A stretch of DNA of 64,000 nucleotides from Desulfurococcaceae archaeon (lineage in GTDB: Archaea; Thermoproteota; Thermoprotei_A; Sulfolobales; Desulfurococcaceae), in NCBI GenBank assembly GCA_038888155.1, contig JAWAJB010000002.1, positions 32,001 through 96,000 of the forward strand, written 5' to 3'. Below, piece by piece: positions 9,228-17,737 of this stretch; position 1 is the first letter of the stretch; the number at the start of each line of letters is the position of its first letter. Both the position numbers and the translations under genes were made by a program. Under the pieces are notes generated by a model. The model was not told the origin of the DNA, made no database searches, and saw only the letters and a program-made list of their open reading frames with translations.

Positions 9228-10776
9228 GAGGCAAAAGAATCTTCTGTATGTACTCTACATAGGAGTTTATACCTAGGGTTAACTGCTCAGCCGCAGAGCC
9301 AAACACGCTAGAGAGCACTTGAGGTGAAAATAGCGTTGCAATCCCCAGTAGTACTATCAGCACAACCTCAATCAATAAGGATAAGTAAGCGTGGTTCATT
9401 TTTAGCTTAGTTAAGGGGACGAGCGGTGTCCCTAGCAGTACAGTATAAAGAAGCTTCATGTATGCTAGGAGACCAATAGCACTAGCCAAGATCATCGAAA
9501 TTGCCGCAATAGCGTTATACTCGAAGAGAGCTTGATAGAGAAGCAACTTAGCTAAGAATCCCGGCAGTGGGGGTATACCTGCGAGAGCCAAAACCGACAT
9601 TGTAAAAGCTGCGCCAGCTATTGGATACTTTAACCCGAGACCAGATAACTTCTCGAGATCTCTTGATCCGCTCACTTTAATGAAAACACCTGTGCTCATA
9701 AATAGAGTTGCTTTGGCAAGGGAATGAGCGCATACATAGTAGAGCGCTGCCTGTAAGCCTCCGTCAGAGCCGCATCCAACCCCCATAAACAGGAATCCTA
9801 AGTTCATAATGGTCGAGTAAGCTATTAGTCTCTTGACATCTCTCTGTGTGTTCATTAATAGCGACCCTACAATAGCAGATATGCACCCCATTATTATTGT
9901 AGTCAGCGAAATAATGGACTTAATAGCACTGACCGGAGCAGGCGGATTCCACATTGCGAGGTAGAGGAACTTGCAAAGTCCAATGAGCCCCGTGTTCACA
10001 ACTAGACCGCTGAGAAGAGCAGAAATAGGTGTAGGTGCCGCAGGATGAGCGTCTGGAAGCCAAAAGTGGTTGGGGAACACTCCGCTCTTTATACTGAAAG
10101 CCCACAATACAAGTACAGAAATAGCGCCCAGCTCTATGGTTTGCAGTACTCCCTGACTAGAAGATGCCCTTAAAGAGAAGTCAATAAAGTTAAGTGTGCC
10201 GTATGCGCTGTAAACTAATCCCATTGCGAGGAGATACAGCGTTGTCCCTAGGGAACCTATAAAGGCGTACTTGATGCCTGAAACTAAAGCATTTAATCTG
10301 CGTCGGTAGTACATGACTAACGCGTATGCTGAGACTCCAGTTACTTCAAGCATTACAAATAAGTTAAACATATCACAAGTGTACAGTACTCCAAGTATGC
10401 CCGATGCATTACCCAATAGAAGCACACAGTACCATGGATAGGACTCATCTGTGATATAGTTGATGCTGTAAATCGATATCGCAAACAGTATCATAGCAGA
10501 TACAGCGCCTACAAGTGCAGTGAACCGATCTGCGATGTAGGCTATTCCAACAGGTGGGGGCCAGCCTCCCGCCTTAAAGACTAGCGGGTGCTCATTATGA
10601 TAGGTCTCTATTGCTATTGCAGAGGATATGAAGGCAGTTAGTGCTAGAGCTGTAGAAGTATAGTACATAACTACAAGCCTGCTTCTCGACAACATATATA
10701 CCAATGGTATAGTGAAGGCCATTATGAGAGGAATGAACGGAGTTAAGCCTATGAGGACGCTAATCACTAGTCTCAC
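9220..10776 (-). CDS. mnhD: Mrp/Mnh Na+/H+ antiporter subunit D (MbhH-like)
   Basis: GGWPPPVGI, D.FNLFV.LE, KSGVFP.HFWLPDAHPAAP, KRLIAYS and GIPPLPGFLAK; multi-TM. Confidence 0.9.
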   Translation of the reverse strand: MRLVISVLIGLTPFIPLIMAFTIPLVYMLSRSRLVVMYYTSTALALTAFISSAIAIETYHNEHPLVFKAGGWPPPVGIAYIADRFTALVGAVSAMILFAISIYSINYITDESYPWYCVLLLGNASGILGVLYTCDMFNLFVMLEVTGVSAYALVMYYRRRLNALVSGIKYAFIGSLGTTLYLLAMGLVYSAYGTLNFIDFSLRASSSQGVLQTIELGAISVLVLWAFSIKSGVFPNHFWLPDAHPAAPTPISALLSGLVVNTGLIGLCKFLYLAMWNPPAPVSAIKSIISLTTIIMGCISAIVGSLLMNTQRDVKRLIAYSTIMNLGFLFMGVGCGSDGGLQAALYYVCAHSLAKATLFMSTGVFIKVSGSRDLEKLSGLGLKYPIAGAAFTMSVLALAGIPPLPGFLAKLLLYQALFEYNAIAAISMILASAIGLLAYMKLLYTVLLGTPLVPLTKLKMNHAYLSLLIEVVLIVLLGIATLFSPQVLSSVFGSAAEQLTLGINSYVEYIQKILLPLS

Positions 10777-11262
10777 CTACTCAAGAATTTTAAGAGCAAA
10801 CTTTTCAAATTCATCACTAATAATCTGCTTTGCCTCTAGCGGATCCACTGTTTTCACGTCAATCCAATTCACGTAAAAGTAGTCATCTTTTTCATCTACG
10901 ACAATTGTTCCAGGGGTATTAGTGATAGATCCCATTACTAGGAGCCTAGAGTACCTAGATTTAACATTCACAGGCACTTTTACTAGACCGGGCCTTAAAT
11001 CCATCGTGAAAATTCTCTTAATGACATCTGCGTGTGCCCTCAGCTCAATTATGGAGATGTATTTAATGAAGTAGTAAATTAGGTAAATCAACCTCATTGG
11101 TTCTCTAAGTTTACGCTCGTTTGTTATCAAGTACTTTGATGAGATGGCGCTGAGAATTATAGATACCGCAAGGCCTGTGAGCAAAGTATATGTAGATATT
11201 GACCCCACAAATACAACGTAAACAGAGAAAATAATGAAGGCCACTAAAATGTACCTCAACAC
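10777..11262 (-). CDS. mnhE: Mrp antiporter subunit E
   Basis: PGLVKVP and SITNTPGTIVVD motifs; operon context. Confidence 0.9.
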   Translation of the reverse strand: MLRYILVAFIIFSVYVVFVGSISTYTLLTGLAVSIILSAISSKYLITNERKLREPMRLIYLIYYFIKYISIIELRAHADVIKRIFTMDLRPGLVKVPVNVKSRYSRLLVMGSITNTPGTIVVDEKDDYFYVNWIDVKTVDPLEAKQIISDEFEKFALKILE

Positions 11263-11669
11263 TACTCTGTCACCTCTTCAGTTAGGGTTTCTACTAGTTG
11301 CTTAGCGTCAACAGTTCCGGACAACCTGTATGTTTGAATAATGCTAAACGCAATAAGGGCATTTACAGCGAGGCCTATGACAATGCCAGTGAGCACTAAT
11401 GCCTGCGGGAGAGGGTCTGAGGCGTGACTTACAAGGAATTCTTGGTCACTTTGGTCGAAGCTGCTGTATACAGGTGGGACTATAGGATGTGTGAATATGA
11501 ATCCCACCAATATTATCGAGACAAAAACAGTATCTGATAGGATTGTGAGTCCAATCAATTTCTTAACCAAGCTTCTTTTGTAAACAATGCCGTAAATTGA
11601 CAGCAAAGCGTTAATCAGTAAAGTAAATACCAGTAGAACATAGGTGTACTCTTCAAGCATAAATCCCAC
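11262..11669 (-). CDS. mnhC: Mrp antiporter subunit C
   Basis: DPLPQALVLTGIVIG motif. Confidence 0.92.
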   Translation of the reverse strand: MGFMLEEYTYVLLVFTLLINALLSIYGIVYKRSLVKKLIGLTILSDTVFVSIILVGFIFTHPIVPPVYSSFDQSDQEFLVSHASDPLPQALVLTGIVIGLAVNALIAFSIIQTYRLSGTVDAKQLVETLTEEVTE

Positions 11670-12399
11670 CTGTCGCCTCTCTGTAAAACTCCTCAGGTAC
11701 AGAAAGGTAGAGCGCTATGGCCGTGAAGCCCGATGAAACAGCTAGAAACTCCAGTACGTTATATATTGATATAGAACCGCTGAGCGTCAGACCAGCTACT
11801 TGAAATGGATAAAACCTCAGATTAGTTACTATCTCCAATCCTTTAGTTATGGGCAAGAGCGCAGTTAAGCCTATTCCAGTAAGGGCCAAACCTCTAATAG
11901 CCACTAGCTTAGTTGACGTAATACCTCTGTCAAGTACAGTCTGAATCGAGAAAACTGGAATAATGAGCATAGTGGATATAGCTAGCGCTGATCCCCCTGG
12001 GAATCCTCCTCCAGGTGTCAAATGACCATGTAGAGCTATAGCTACTGATATCGTAGCTATTAGTAGTGCGATCATCTTGGTGGATGTCCTAGCTAAAAGC
12101 GTTAGCCCAACTCCCACGCTCTTAGCTAGCTTTTTACTTGTTCCAAATAAAGATAGTCCACCAACTATGGCTAGATACAACACAGCGGTCTCGTAAATTG
12201 TATCTAGTCCACGATAGTCCCAAACAATCGCAGCAACAGCCTCAGGACTTCCAGCGCCGAGCAATGTATCTCGAACGTAAAACAGGCCAAGTTCGCGGTT
12301 GACTCTTGGAACTGCTATTTCCAAATACGCAGTAACAATTAGTGGAACTGTAGCCGCGGTTATCAGCAACATTATTGCGATGAACGTCCTAAGGGTCAT
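11653..12399 (-). CDS. mnhB: Mrp antiporter subunit B
   Basis: VAAIVWDYRGLDTIYE and HGHLTPGGGFPGG motifs. Confidence 0.9.
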   Translation of the reverse strand: MTLRTFIAIMLLITAATVPLIVTAYLEIAVPRVNRELGLFYVRDTLLGAGSPEAVAAIVWDYRGLDTIYETAVLYLAIVGGLSLFGTSKKLAKSVGVGLTLLARTSTKMIALLIATISVAIALHGHLTPGGGFPGGSALAISTMLIIPVFSIQTVLDRGITSTKLVAIRGLALTGIGLTALLPITKGLEIVTNLRFYPFQVAGLTLSGSISIYNVLEFLAVSSGFTAIALYLSVPEEFYREATGGIYA

Positions 12400-12653
12400 T
12401 TACCTGTCCCCTCAAATCTCTCTGTTTTGCTAACAACGTAAACAAGTATAGCAGAGTACAGACCTACCGAAACAGCGATGTATGTCATTAATATGTCAGG
12501 TGTAGCCATAGCTTGGAGTATTATGGCGTAGCTAATACTCTGTCCTGCAGAGAAAACCACAGCCTTAAGCAGGTCTTTCTCTGTTAAAGCCATGTATACA
12601 AATACTAGACCTAGCAGAGAGGCAAAGGATAAAATCAGTAGCGTGAGGATCAA
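12396..12653 (-). CDS. Mrp subunit B'/MbhD-like (DUF4040) small membrane protein
   Basis: KDLLKAV and ATPDI..T..AV.VG pattern; operon position. Confidence 0.82.
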   Translation of the reverse strand: MILTLLILSFASLLGLVFVYMALTEKDLLKAVVFSAGQSISYAIILQAMATPDILMTYIAVSVGLYSAILVYVVSKTERFEGTGK

Positions 12654-13009
12654 GCCTTATCATCCTCTCTGAGTGCATCCACTACAGGGCTCCACTGAAC
12701 GCTCCTTGACTTGTGGGCAGCATATGCGAGTACGTGGCTTCCTATGGGCGCTACTATGAGTAGCAATATAGCAGTGGCAAACGCGGCCCCCCCTATTGTA
12801 AATCTACCCGGGAGCTCTGGCAGACCTAACGACATTAAGGAGATCCCTATAAGTGGTATCACGGCCCCATAAATAGCCCCTATTGTTGCTGCATGAAGTC
12901 TAACGTAAAAATTAGGGAACCTCACCATGCCAATTGCAGCCAATAGGTCGAAAATACCACCGACAATAAACAATATTGATCCTACCCAGAATAATAGTGG
13001 CTCAATCAT
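12650..13009 (-). CDS. mnhG: Mrp antiporter subunit G
   Basis: IGMVRFPNFYVRLHAAT and AP.GSH.LA.AA motifs. Confidence 0.92.
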   Translation of the reverse strand: MIEPLLFWVGSILFIVGGIFDLLAAIGMVRFPNFYVRLHAATIGAIYGAVIPLIGISLMSLGLPELPGRFTIGGAAFATAILLLIVAPIGSHVLAYAAHKSRSVQWSPVVDALREDDKA

Positions 13010-13284
13010 ATGCCAACCTCCTTAGTAATGAGGTACTTAGAAATATACACGTCCAGAAGATATACCCAAAGCGCAAGCATTATAGGGGGAGCAATTAAGA
13101 ACCCAGTCCTATAGTAGAGAGATAGAGCCGCGAGAAACACAGCTAGATCATATGATACACAGTCAACGGCTAGCACCATATCTGGTATGGTGGGCCCTCT
13201 TAAAAGCCGAACCGCGTACAAGATAATAGCCGCTAGATATAGTGGCGCTCCAATAAGCACCACAATCTCGAGATACTCATACAT
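13006..13284 (-). CDS. mnhF: Mrp antiporter subunit F
   Basis: RLLRGPTIPDMVLAVD motif; ends SKYL. Confidence 0.9.
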   Translation of the reverse strand: MYEYLEIVVLIGAPLYLAAIILYAVRLLRGPTIPDMVLAVDCVSYDLAVFLAALSLYYRTGFLIAPPIMLALWVYLLDVYISKYLITKEVGI

Positions 13285-13550
13285 GGTTGTATAGCCCTGT
13301 ATCTTATAAAAAGCCCTAGGGCTTAAAAGCTTGGAAATCGTCTATAAGCATAGCTCACACTCGCGCTTGCGTTATTCTCCAACTTAAGATTTTTTGATGA
13401 CGCCTATTCACTCAATATACTTCTGTCCCTTGGCAGGTGAGGTAAATAAACTAATTTGTTTTTTAACCCCATGAAATGTAATAGGAAATATAGCCGGGGT
13501 ATACTACCTTTCGAGAATAAGCTAGGAACAGAATTTCCGGGTGCTCAATT

Positions 13551-13880
13551 ATGTCAGCGCAGAGGGCGAAATCTAGGAAAGTAGATAAAAAAGAGAGGGC
13601 CGAGGAATCGGTAAAAACAGGCGAAGGCGCCTCACTCCAAACAACGGTTAATTTACAAGAAGTAATTAAGAGAATCGAGGGCGAGGCAAGTAAGGGGACA
13701 GCAAAATACTACACTCCCTACACGCTAGCCCAAGCACAGAGCATTAAAATTAGCGACGCAAAGAGAGCACTAAAAGAAGCCTCTAATCTAGGTATACTGA
13801 GACTGCACGATGCAGGCAGGAGATCGCCAATATACATCCCTGTAGTTAAACAAAAGCAATCTAAAGAACACGAAAAATAA
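13551..13880 (+). CDS. rps25e: 30S ribosomal protein S25e
   Basis: Basic N-terminus; YYTPYTLA...IKISDAKRALKE...GIL...RRSPIYIP winged-helix pattern. Confidence 0.82.
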   Translation: MSAQRAKSRKVDKKERAEESVKTGEGASLQTTVNLQEVIKRIEGEASKGTAKYYTPYTLAQAQSIKISDAKRALKEASNLGILRLHDAGRRSPIYIPVVKQKQSKEHEK

Positions 13881-13904
13881 ATAAAGAGAACGATAGAGTC
13901 AAGA

Positions 13905-14960
13905 TTAGTGCGGCGGTCGTCCAGCCTGGATTAGGACGCCGGCCCCCCAAGCCGGAGATCCCGGGTTCAAATCCCGGCCGCCGCACGCTTCTAGTTTATT
14001 TTCCATTAAGGGGTAATGGCAGAAAACAAGATGCGTATCGCTTATCTTAATGCCTTCGGGTTCAGCCTTTCTGCAATTCTCTCTACTGAGTGGACATCTT
14101 GGATGCAATCTACATCCACTTGGCAACTCTAAGAGGCTTGGGACATCACCGTGTATCCTAATCTGTAGTGTTCCGTTTTTGCTGAAATACAATGATGGAG
14201 TAGAAGACAAGAGATGTAGCGTATACGGGTGTTTGGCTTCTTTTACTATTTCCTCAGTTTTTCCAACCTCCATTATCTTCCCTAAGTACATTACGACAAT
14301 CTTGTCGCTAACCAGCGCAGTTATCGGGAGGTCGTGGCTTATGAAGAGCATTGAGAAATTATATTTAGACTGAAGCTGTCTGAACAGGAGAGCTATTCTG
14401 GCTTTTATAGATGCATCGAGGGCTGATACACTTTCATCGGCGACAATGAACTCTGGCTTTACTGCTAGAGCCCTTGCTATAGCCACTCTCTGCTTCTGCC
14501 CGCCGCTAAGTTGATGTGGGTAGCGATTAAGCAATTCCTCGGTTAAGCCGACTTTGTAGAGCAAATCGATTACACTATCGCTAGAATTGCCTTCACCAGC
14601 TAGCTTTAGTGCTTCGAACAATGTTTGTTGAACAGTAAGCTTGGGGTTTAACGACGAGTCGGGGTTTTGAAAGATCATTTGAAACTTTCTACGATTTTCC
14701 TTGATGTAATCGCTTAGGGGTCTTTTTCTAACAGATATCTCTCCACTATCTGGCTTCTCTAGTCCTACAAGGAGCCTACCTAATGTAGACTTTCCCGAGC
14801 CCGACTCTCCAACACACCCCACAATTTCCTTATCGCGTATCTGCATGGATATGCCATCTAGAGCTTTTAAGTGGTGTCTCTTCATGGAAAGCGGGGACGA
14901 AGCCCTGTAGTATTTTTTAACGTTGGATACGTTAATGAAAACTCTATCAATTTCCTCCAT
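13905..14960 (-). CDS. oppF: Oligopeptide/dipeptide ABC transporter ATPase (OppF/DppF); C-terminus overlaps tRNA-Gly antisense
   Basis: GESGSGKS, LSGGQKQR, VADESVSALD, HPYT and CRLHPRCP motifs. Confidence 0.92.
   Translation of the reverse strand: MEEIDRVFINVSNVKKYYRASSPLSMKRHHLKALDGISMQIRDKEIVGCVGESGSGKSTLGRLLVGLEKPDSGEISVRKRPLSDYIKENRRKFQMIFQNPDSSLNPKLTVQQTLFEALKLAGEGNSSDSVIDLLYKVGLTEELLNRYPHQLSGGQKQRVAIARALAVKPEFIVADESVSALDASIKARIALLFRQLQSKYNFSMLFISHDLPITALVSDKIVVMYLGKIMEVGKTEEIVKEAKHPYTLHLLSSTPSLYFSKNGTLQIRIHGDVPSLLELPSGCRLHPRCPLSRENCRKAEPEGIKISDTHLVFCHYPLMENKLEACGGRDLNPGSPAWGAGVLIQAGRPPH
13910..13985 (+). tRNA. tRNA-Gly (CCC), intronless
   Basis: GCGGCGGTCGTCCAGCCTGGATTAGGACGCCGGCCCCCCAAGCCGGAGATCCCGGGTTCAAATCCCGGCCGCCGCA folds as a cloverleaf. 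Anticodon at 13946-13948; position 33 is C. Confidence 0.93.
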
Positions 14961-15942
14961 AATTTTTCACCCCAACCCTATGACATGCAACAACTCTGTC
15001 ATCGAGCCTCAAGGGGGAAGGCTCCTTAATGTCACAAAGCCCTTTAACGCAACTAGGGCAAACAATGTGAAATGGGCACCCGTTAAACGGTATTATAGCT
15101 GGGTTTTTGTCGAGTTCGTTTGATGTTGACTCAAGGGATAGTTTCGTTCCCCTCGGTATTGAATTAACTAGGTACTTAGTGTATGGGTGGTATGGACTCT
15201 CTACTATCTCTCCTGGTCTACCTATTTCTACGATCATTCCTCCGTACATTACAACGACAAGATCAGCAAAGTCGTATGCAACCCCTATGTCATGAGTAAT
15301 CATCATAATTGAAGAGCCTCGCTTGTTGATATCCCTTAGGAGGTCCAGAATTTCAGCCTGCACTGAGACGTCCAGAGACGAGGTAGGTTCGTCGGTGATA
15401 ATTAACTTAGGAGTCCTCGAGATAGCTATTGCAATCATTGCTCTTTGCTTCTGCCCGCCGCTTAGTTGATGGGGATAACTCCTAGCAATTCTAAGCGGGT
15501 CTGGGAGCTTGACTGTTTTGAGTAGCCCACCAATTTTCTCTTGGAGTTGCCCCTTAGCGAGCTTTTCGAGCTTCAAAGCCTCACTAACTTGGAAGCCAAT
15601 CGTGTAAACAGGGTTAAGGCTTGTTGAGGGGTTCTGAAAGACCATGGATATTTCTTTGCCCCTTATTTTGCTCAATAGCTTATCATCTGCTTTCAATAAG
15701 TCAATGTATTGTCCGTTAAACTTGTAGAGTGCAGTTCCCGAGTCTAGGACTAGGTTATCTGGCTCAAGTCTAACAATTAGTGAGGCAAGCGTTGACTTAC
15801 CAGACCCGGATTCTCCGACAACGACTATTTTTTCTCCACGAGTTATCTTAAGGTTTACGCTCCTCAGAACCTTAATTGAAGAGCTACCTACCACATACCG
15901 GGCACTAAGGTTTTTTATCTCTAGTAGGATTTCGCCGCTCAC
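14947..15942 (-). CDS. oppD: Oligopeptide/dipeptide ABC transporter ATPase (OppD/DppD)
   Basis: GESGSGKS, RGKEISMVFQNP..SLNP, LSGGQKQR, DEPT and HPYT motifs. Confidence 0.93.
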   Translation of the reverse strand: MSGEILLEIKNLSARYVVGSSSIKVLRSVNLKITRGEKIVVVGESGSGKSTLASLIVRLEPDNLVLDSGTALYKFNGQYIDLLKADDKLLSKIRGKEISMVFQNPSTSLNPVYTIGFQVSEALKLEKLAKGQLQEKIGGLLKTVKLPDPLRIARSYPHQLSGGQKQRAMIAIAISRTPKLIITDEPTSSLDVSVQAEILDLLRDINKRGSSIMMITHDIGVAYDFADLVVVMYGGMIVEIGRPGEIVESPYHPYTKYLVNSIPRGTKLSLESTSNELDKNPAIIPFNGCPFHIVCPSCVKGLCDIKEPSPLRLDDRVVACHRVGVKNYGGN

Positions 15943-16793
15943 TTCTTAGTCACCTCCCTTCTGCGTGGATCCATGTAATCGCTTAGGGCATTCCCCAGTA
16001 GGTTGAAGCCCAATATTGAGAGAACAATGAAAAATCCAACAGTCAGTATTATGTGAGGCGCAACTGTCATGTAGTTCTTTGCTGAGCCAATCATAGCGCC
16101 CCATTCAGGGATAGATGGGTCCAAACCGAGGCCAAGGAAGCCAAGGCTGGAGGCCGTTAATATTGCGAAGCCTATGTTAATTGTTCCGTTTCCAACGATG
16201 ATGGACATTATATTGGGCAGCATATGTCGAAACAGTATTTTTATCGTACTCAATCCGAGCAGCTTAGCTGCTATTATGTACTCAGCGTTCTTGAGCTGTA
16301 GGGTCACAGACCTTACAAGCCTTATGAACCCCGGTATCTGTCCGTAAGCTATAGCTACAACAATATTGATTACTGAGCCGCCCCAGAGCGCAACCATTAG
16401 TATGGCCAATAGCAGTCCCGGGATTGAGAGCATCATGTCTGTTAACCTAGAGATCAACATGTCTGTAATCCCCCCATAGTATCCGGCCATTAAACCGAGT
16501 AGACAGCCCAACGCAATAGCTAGTAGGGTGCTAAGTAGTGCAATTAAGAGAGTCAGCCTAGCTCCATATATAATTCTTGAGAGCAAATCCCTCCCAAGTT
16601 CATCAGTGCCCAGCAGATGCTCTGGACATGGGGGCATTCTTGCCTTAGACAAATCAAAAGTATACGGGCTGGAAGGTGCTAGCACTTCCGCGAAAACTGC
16701 AAATAGTACCATTAATGCTACAATAGCAAAGCCCATGAGCCCGCCTCTGCTCTTAAGGAGGATATAGCGTACAGCCTGACTCATGATTGTCAA
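15939..16793 (-). CDS. oppC: Peptide ABC transporter permease (OppC/DppC)
   Basis: HLLGTDELGRDLLSRIIYGAR, EYI.AA..LG and PEWG motifs. Confidence 0.93.
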   Translation of the reverse strand: MTIMSQAVRYILLKSRGGLMGFAIVALMVLFAVFAEVLAPSSPYTFDLSKARMPPCPEHLLGTDELGRDLLSRIIYGARLTLLIALLSTLLAIALGCLLGLMAGYYGGITDMLISRLTDMMLSIPGLLLAILMVALWGGSVINIVVAIAYGQIPGFIRLVRSVTLQLKNAEYIIAAKLLGLSTIKILFRHMLPNIMSIIVGNGTINIGFAILTASSLGFLGLGLDPSIPEWGAMIGSAKNYMTVAPHIILTVGFFIVLSILGFNLLGNALSDYMDPRRREVTKK

Positions 16794-17737
16794 GCCTCGA
16801 CTCTTATTCTGGGATCTAGTGCTGCGTAAAGCAAGTCGACGGCGAAGTTAATGACGTTGTAAATTAGGGCTAGGATGAAAACAGTGCCCTGGATGAGCGG
16901 GTAATCCCTTACCGAGATAGCGTCCACTAACAGCTTGCCCATACCGGGCCAAGCAAAAACCGTTTCAGTTACAACCGCTCCTCTTATGAGGGCCCCGAGC
17001 TGGAGTCCGATCATTGTCACAACGGGTATTAGAGAATTGCGAAGAACGTGAGCTACGAAAACTCTTCTTTGATGCAAACCTTTTGATAGTGCGGCCTTGA
17101 CATGATCAGCGTAGAGGTTCTCAACGACAGCGGCTCTAGTCGTCCTTATTATAGGAGCTGAAAGGGGTAGAGACATCGCTATCGTTGGTAGGATTAAGTG
17201 TTTTGGCTCTCCCAGTCCGCCAGCAGGTAACAACCTTAAGTTTACAGCAAATAGGTAGATTAGCAGTATTCCAGTCCAGAAAACGGGCAGGGCAGATCCA
17301 ATCGAGCTTAGAATTAACGCAACACTATCTATCCAACTGCCCCTCTTGAGTGCTGATAACACTCCTAGTGCGATGCCCATTAGCGTAGATGTAACTAGGC
17401 TCGTTACAGCTAGGATCACTGTGTTAGGGAGTTTGCTCATAATTTCCGCGATAACGGGTCTCTCTGATCGAATCGAAATACCGAAATCAAATCTAATCAA
17501 GCCGACTATATAGTTGTATAACTGCTCATAAAAAGGCTTGTCCAGTCCATACCTCTGTCTAATTTCTTCCACCACTTCTGGTGGGGCGTCAAACCCCGCT
17601 AGTAGTCGGGCGGGATCGCCAGGTGCAAGCCTTAAGAGCAAAAACATGATAACTCCTGCTGAAAAAACAACAAAAAACATAGATAGGAGTCGTTTAGCTA
17701 AAAAAGCTACGGCGCTCATATTTACTTCCCCGTCCAC
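16790..17737 (-). CDS. oppB: Peptide ABC transporter permease (OppB/DppB); likely start at 17719 (MSAV)
   Basis: LAPGDPA, YGLDKP, LRNSLIPVVT, ETVFAWPGMG and RDYPLIQG motifs. Confidence 0.93.
   Translation of the reverse strand: MDGEVNMSAVAFLAKRLLSMFFVVFSAGVIMFLLLRLAPGDPARLLAGFDAPPEVVEEIRQRYGLDKPFYEQLYNYIVGLIRFDFGISIRSERPVIAEIMSKLPNTVILAVTSLVTSTLMGIALGVLSALKRGSWIDSVALILSSIGSALPVFWTGILLIYLFAVNLRLLPAGGLGEPKHLILPTIAMSLPLSAPIIRTTRAAVVENLYADHVKAALSKGLHQRRVFVAHVLRNSLIPVVTMIGLQLGALIRGAVVTETVFAWPGMGKLLVDAISVRDYPLIQGTVFILALIYNVINFAVDLLYAALDPRIRVEA

Noticed and set aside
13390-13445. Possible C/D sRNA (TTGATGA ... GTGA)
   Set aside because: D', C' and D boxes are poor, and the region is a divergent promoter.
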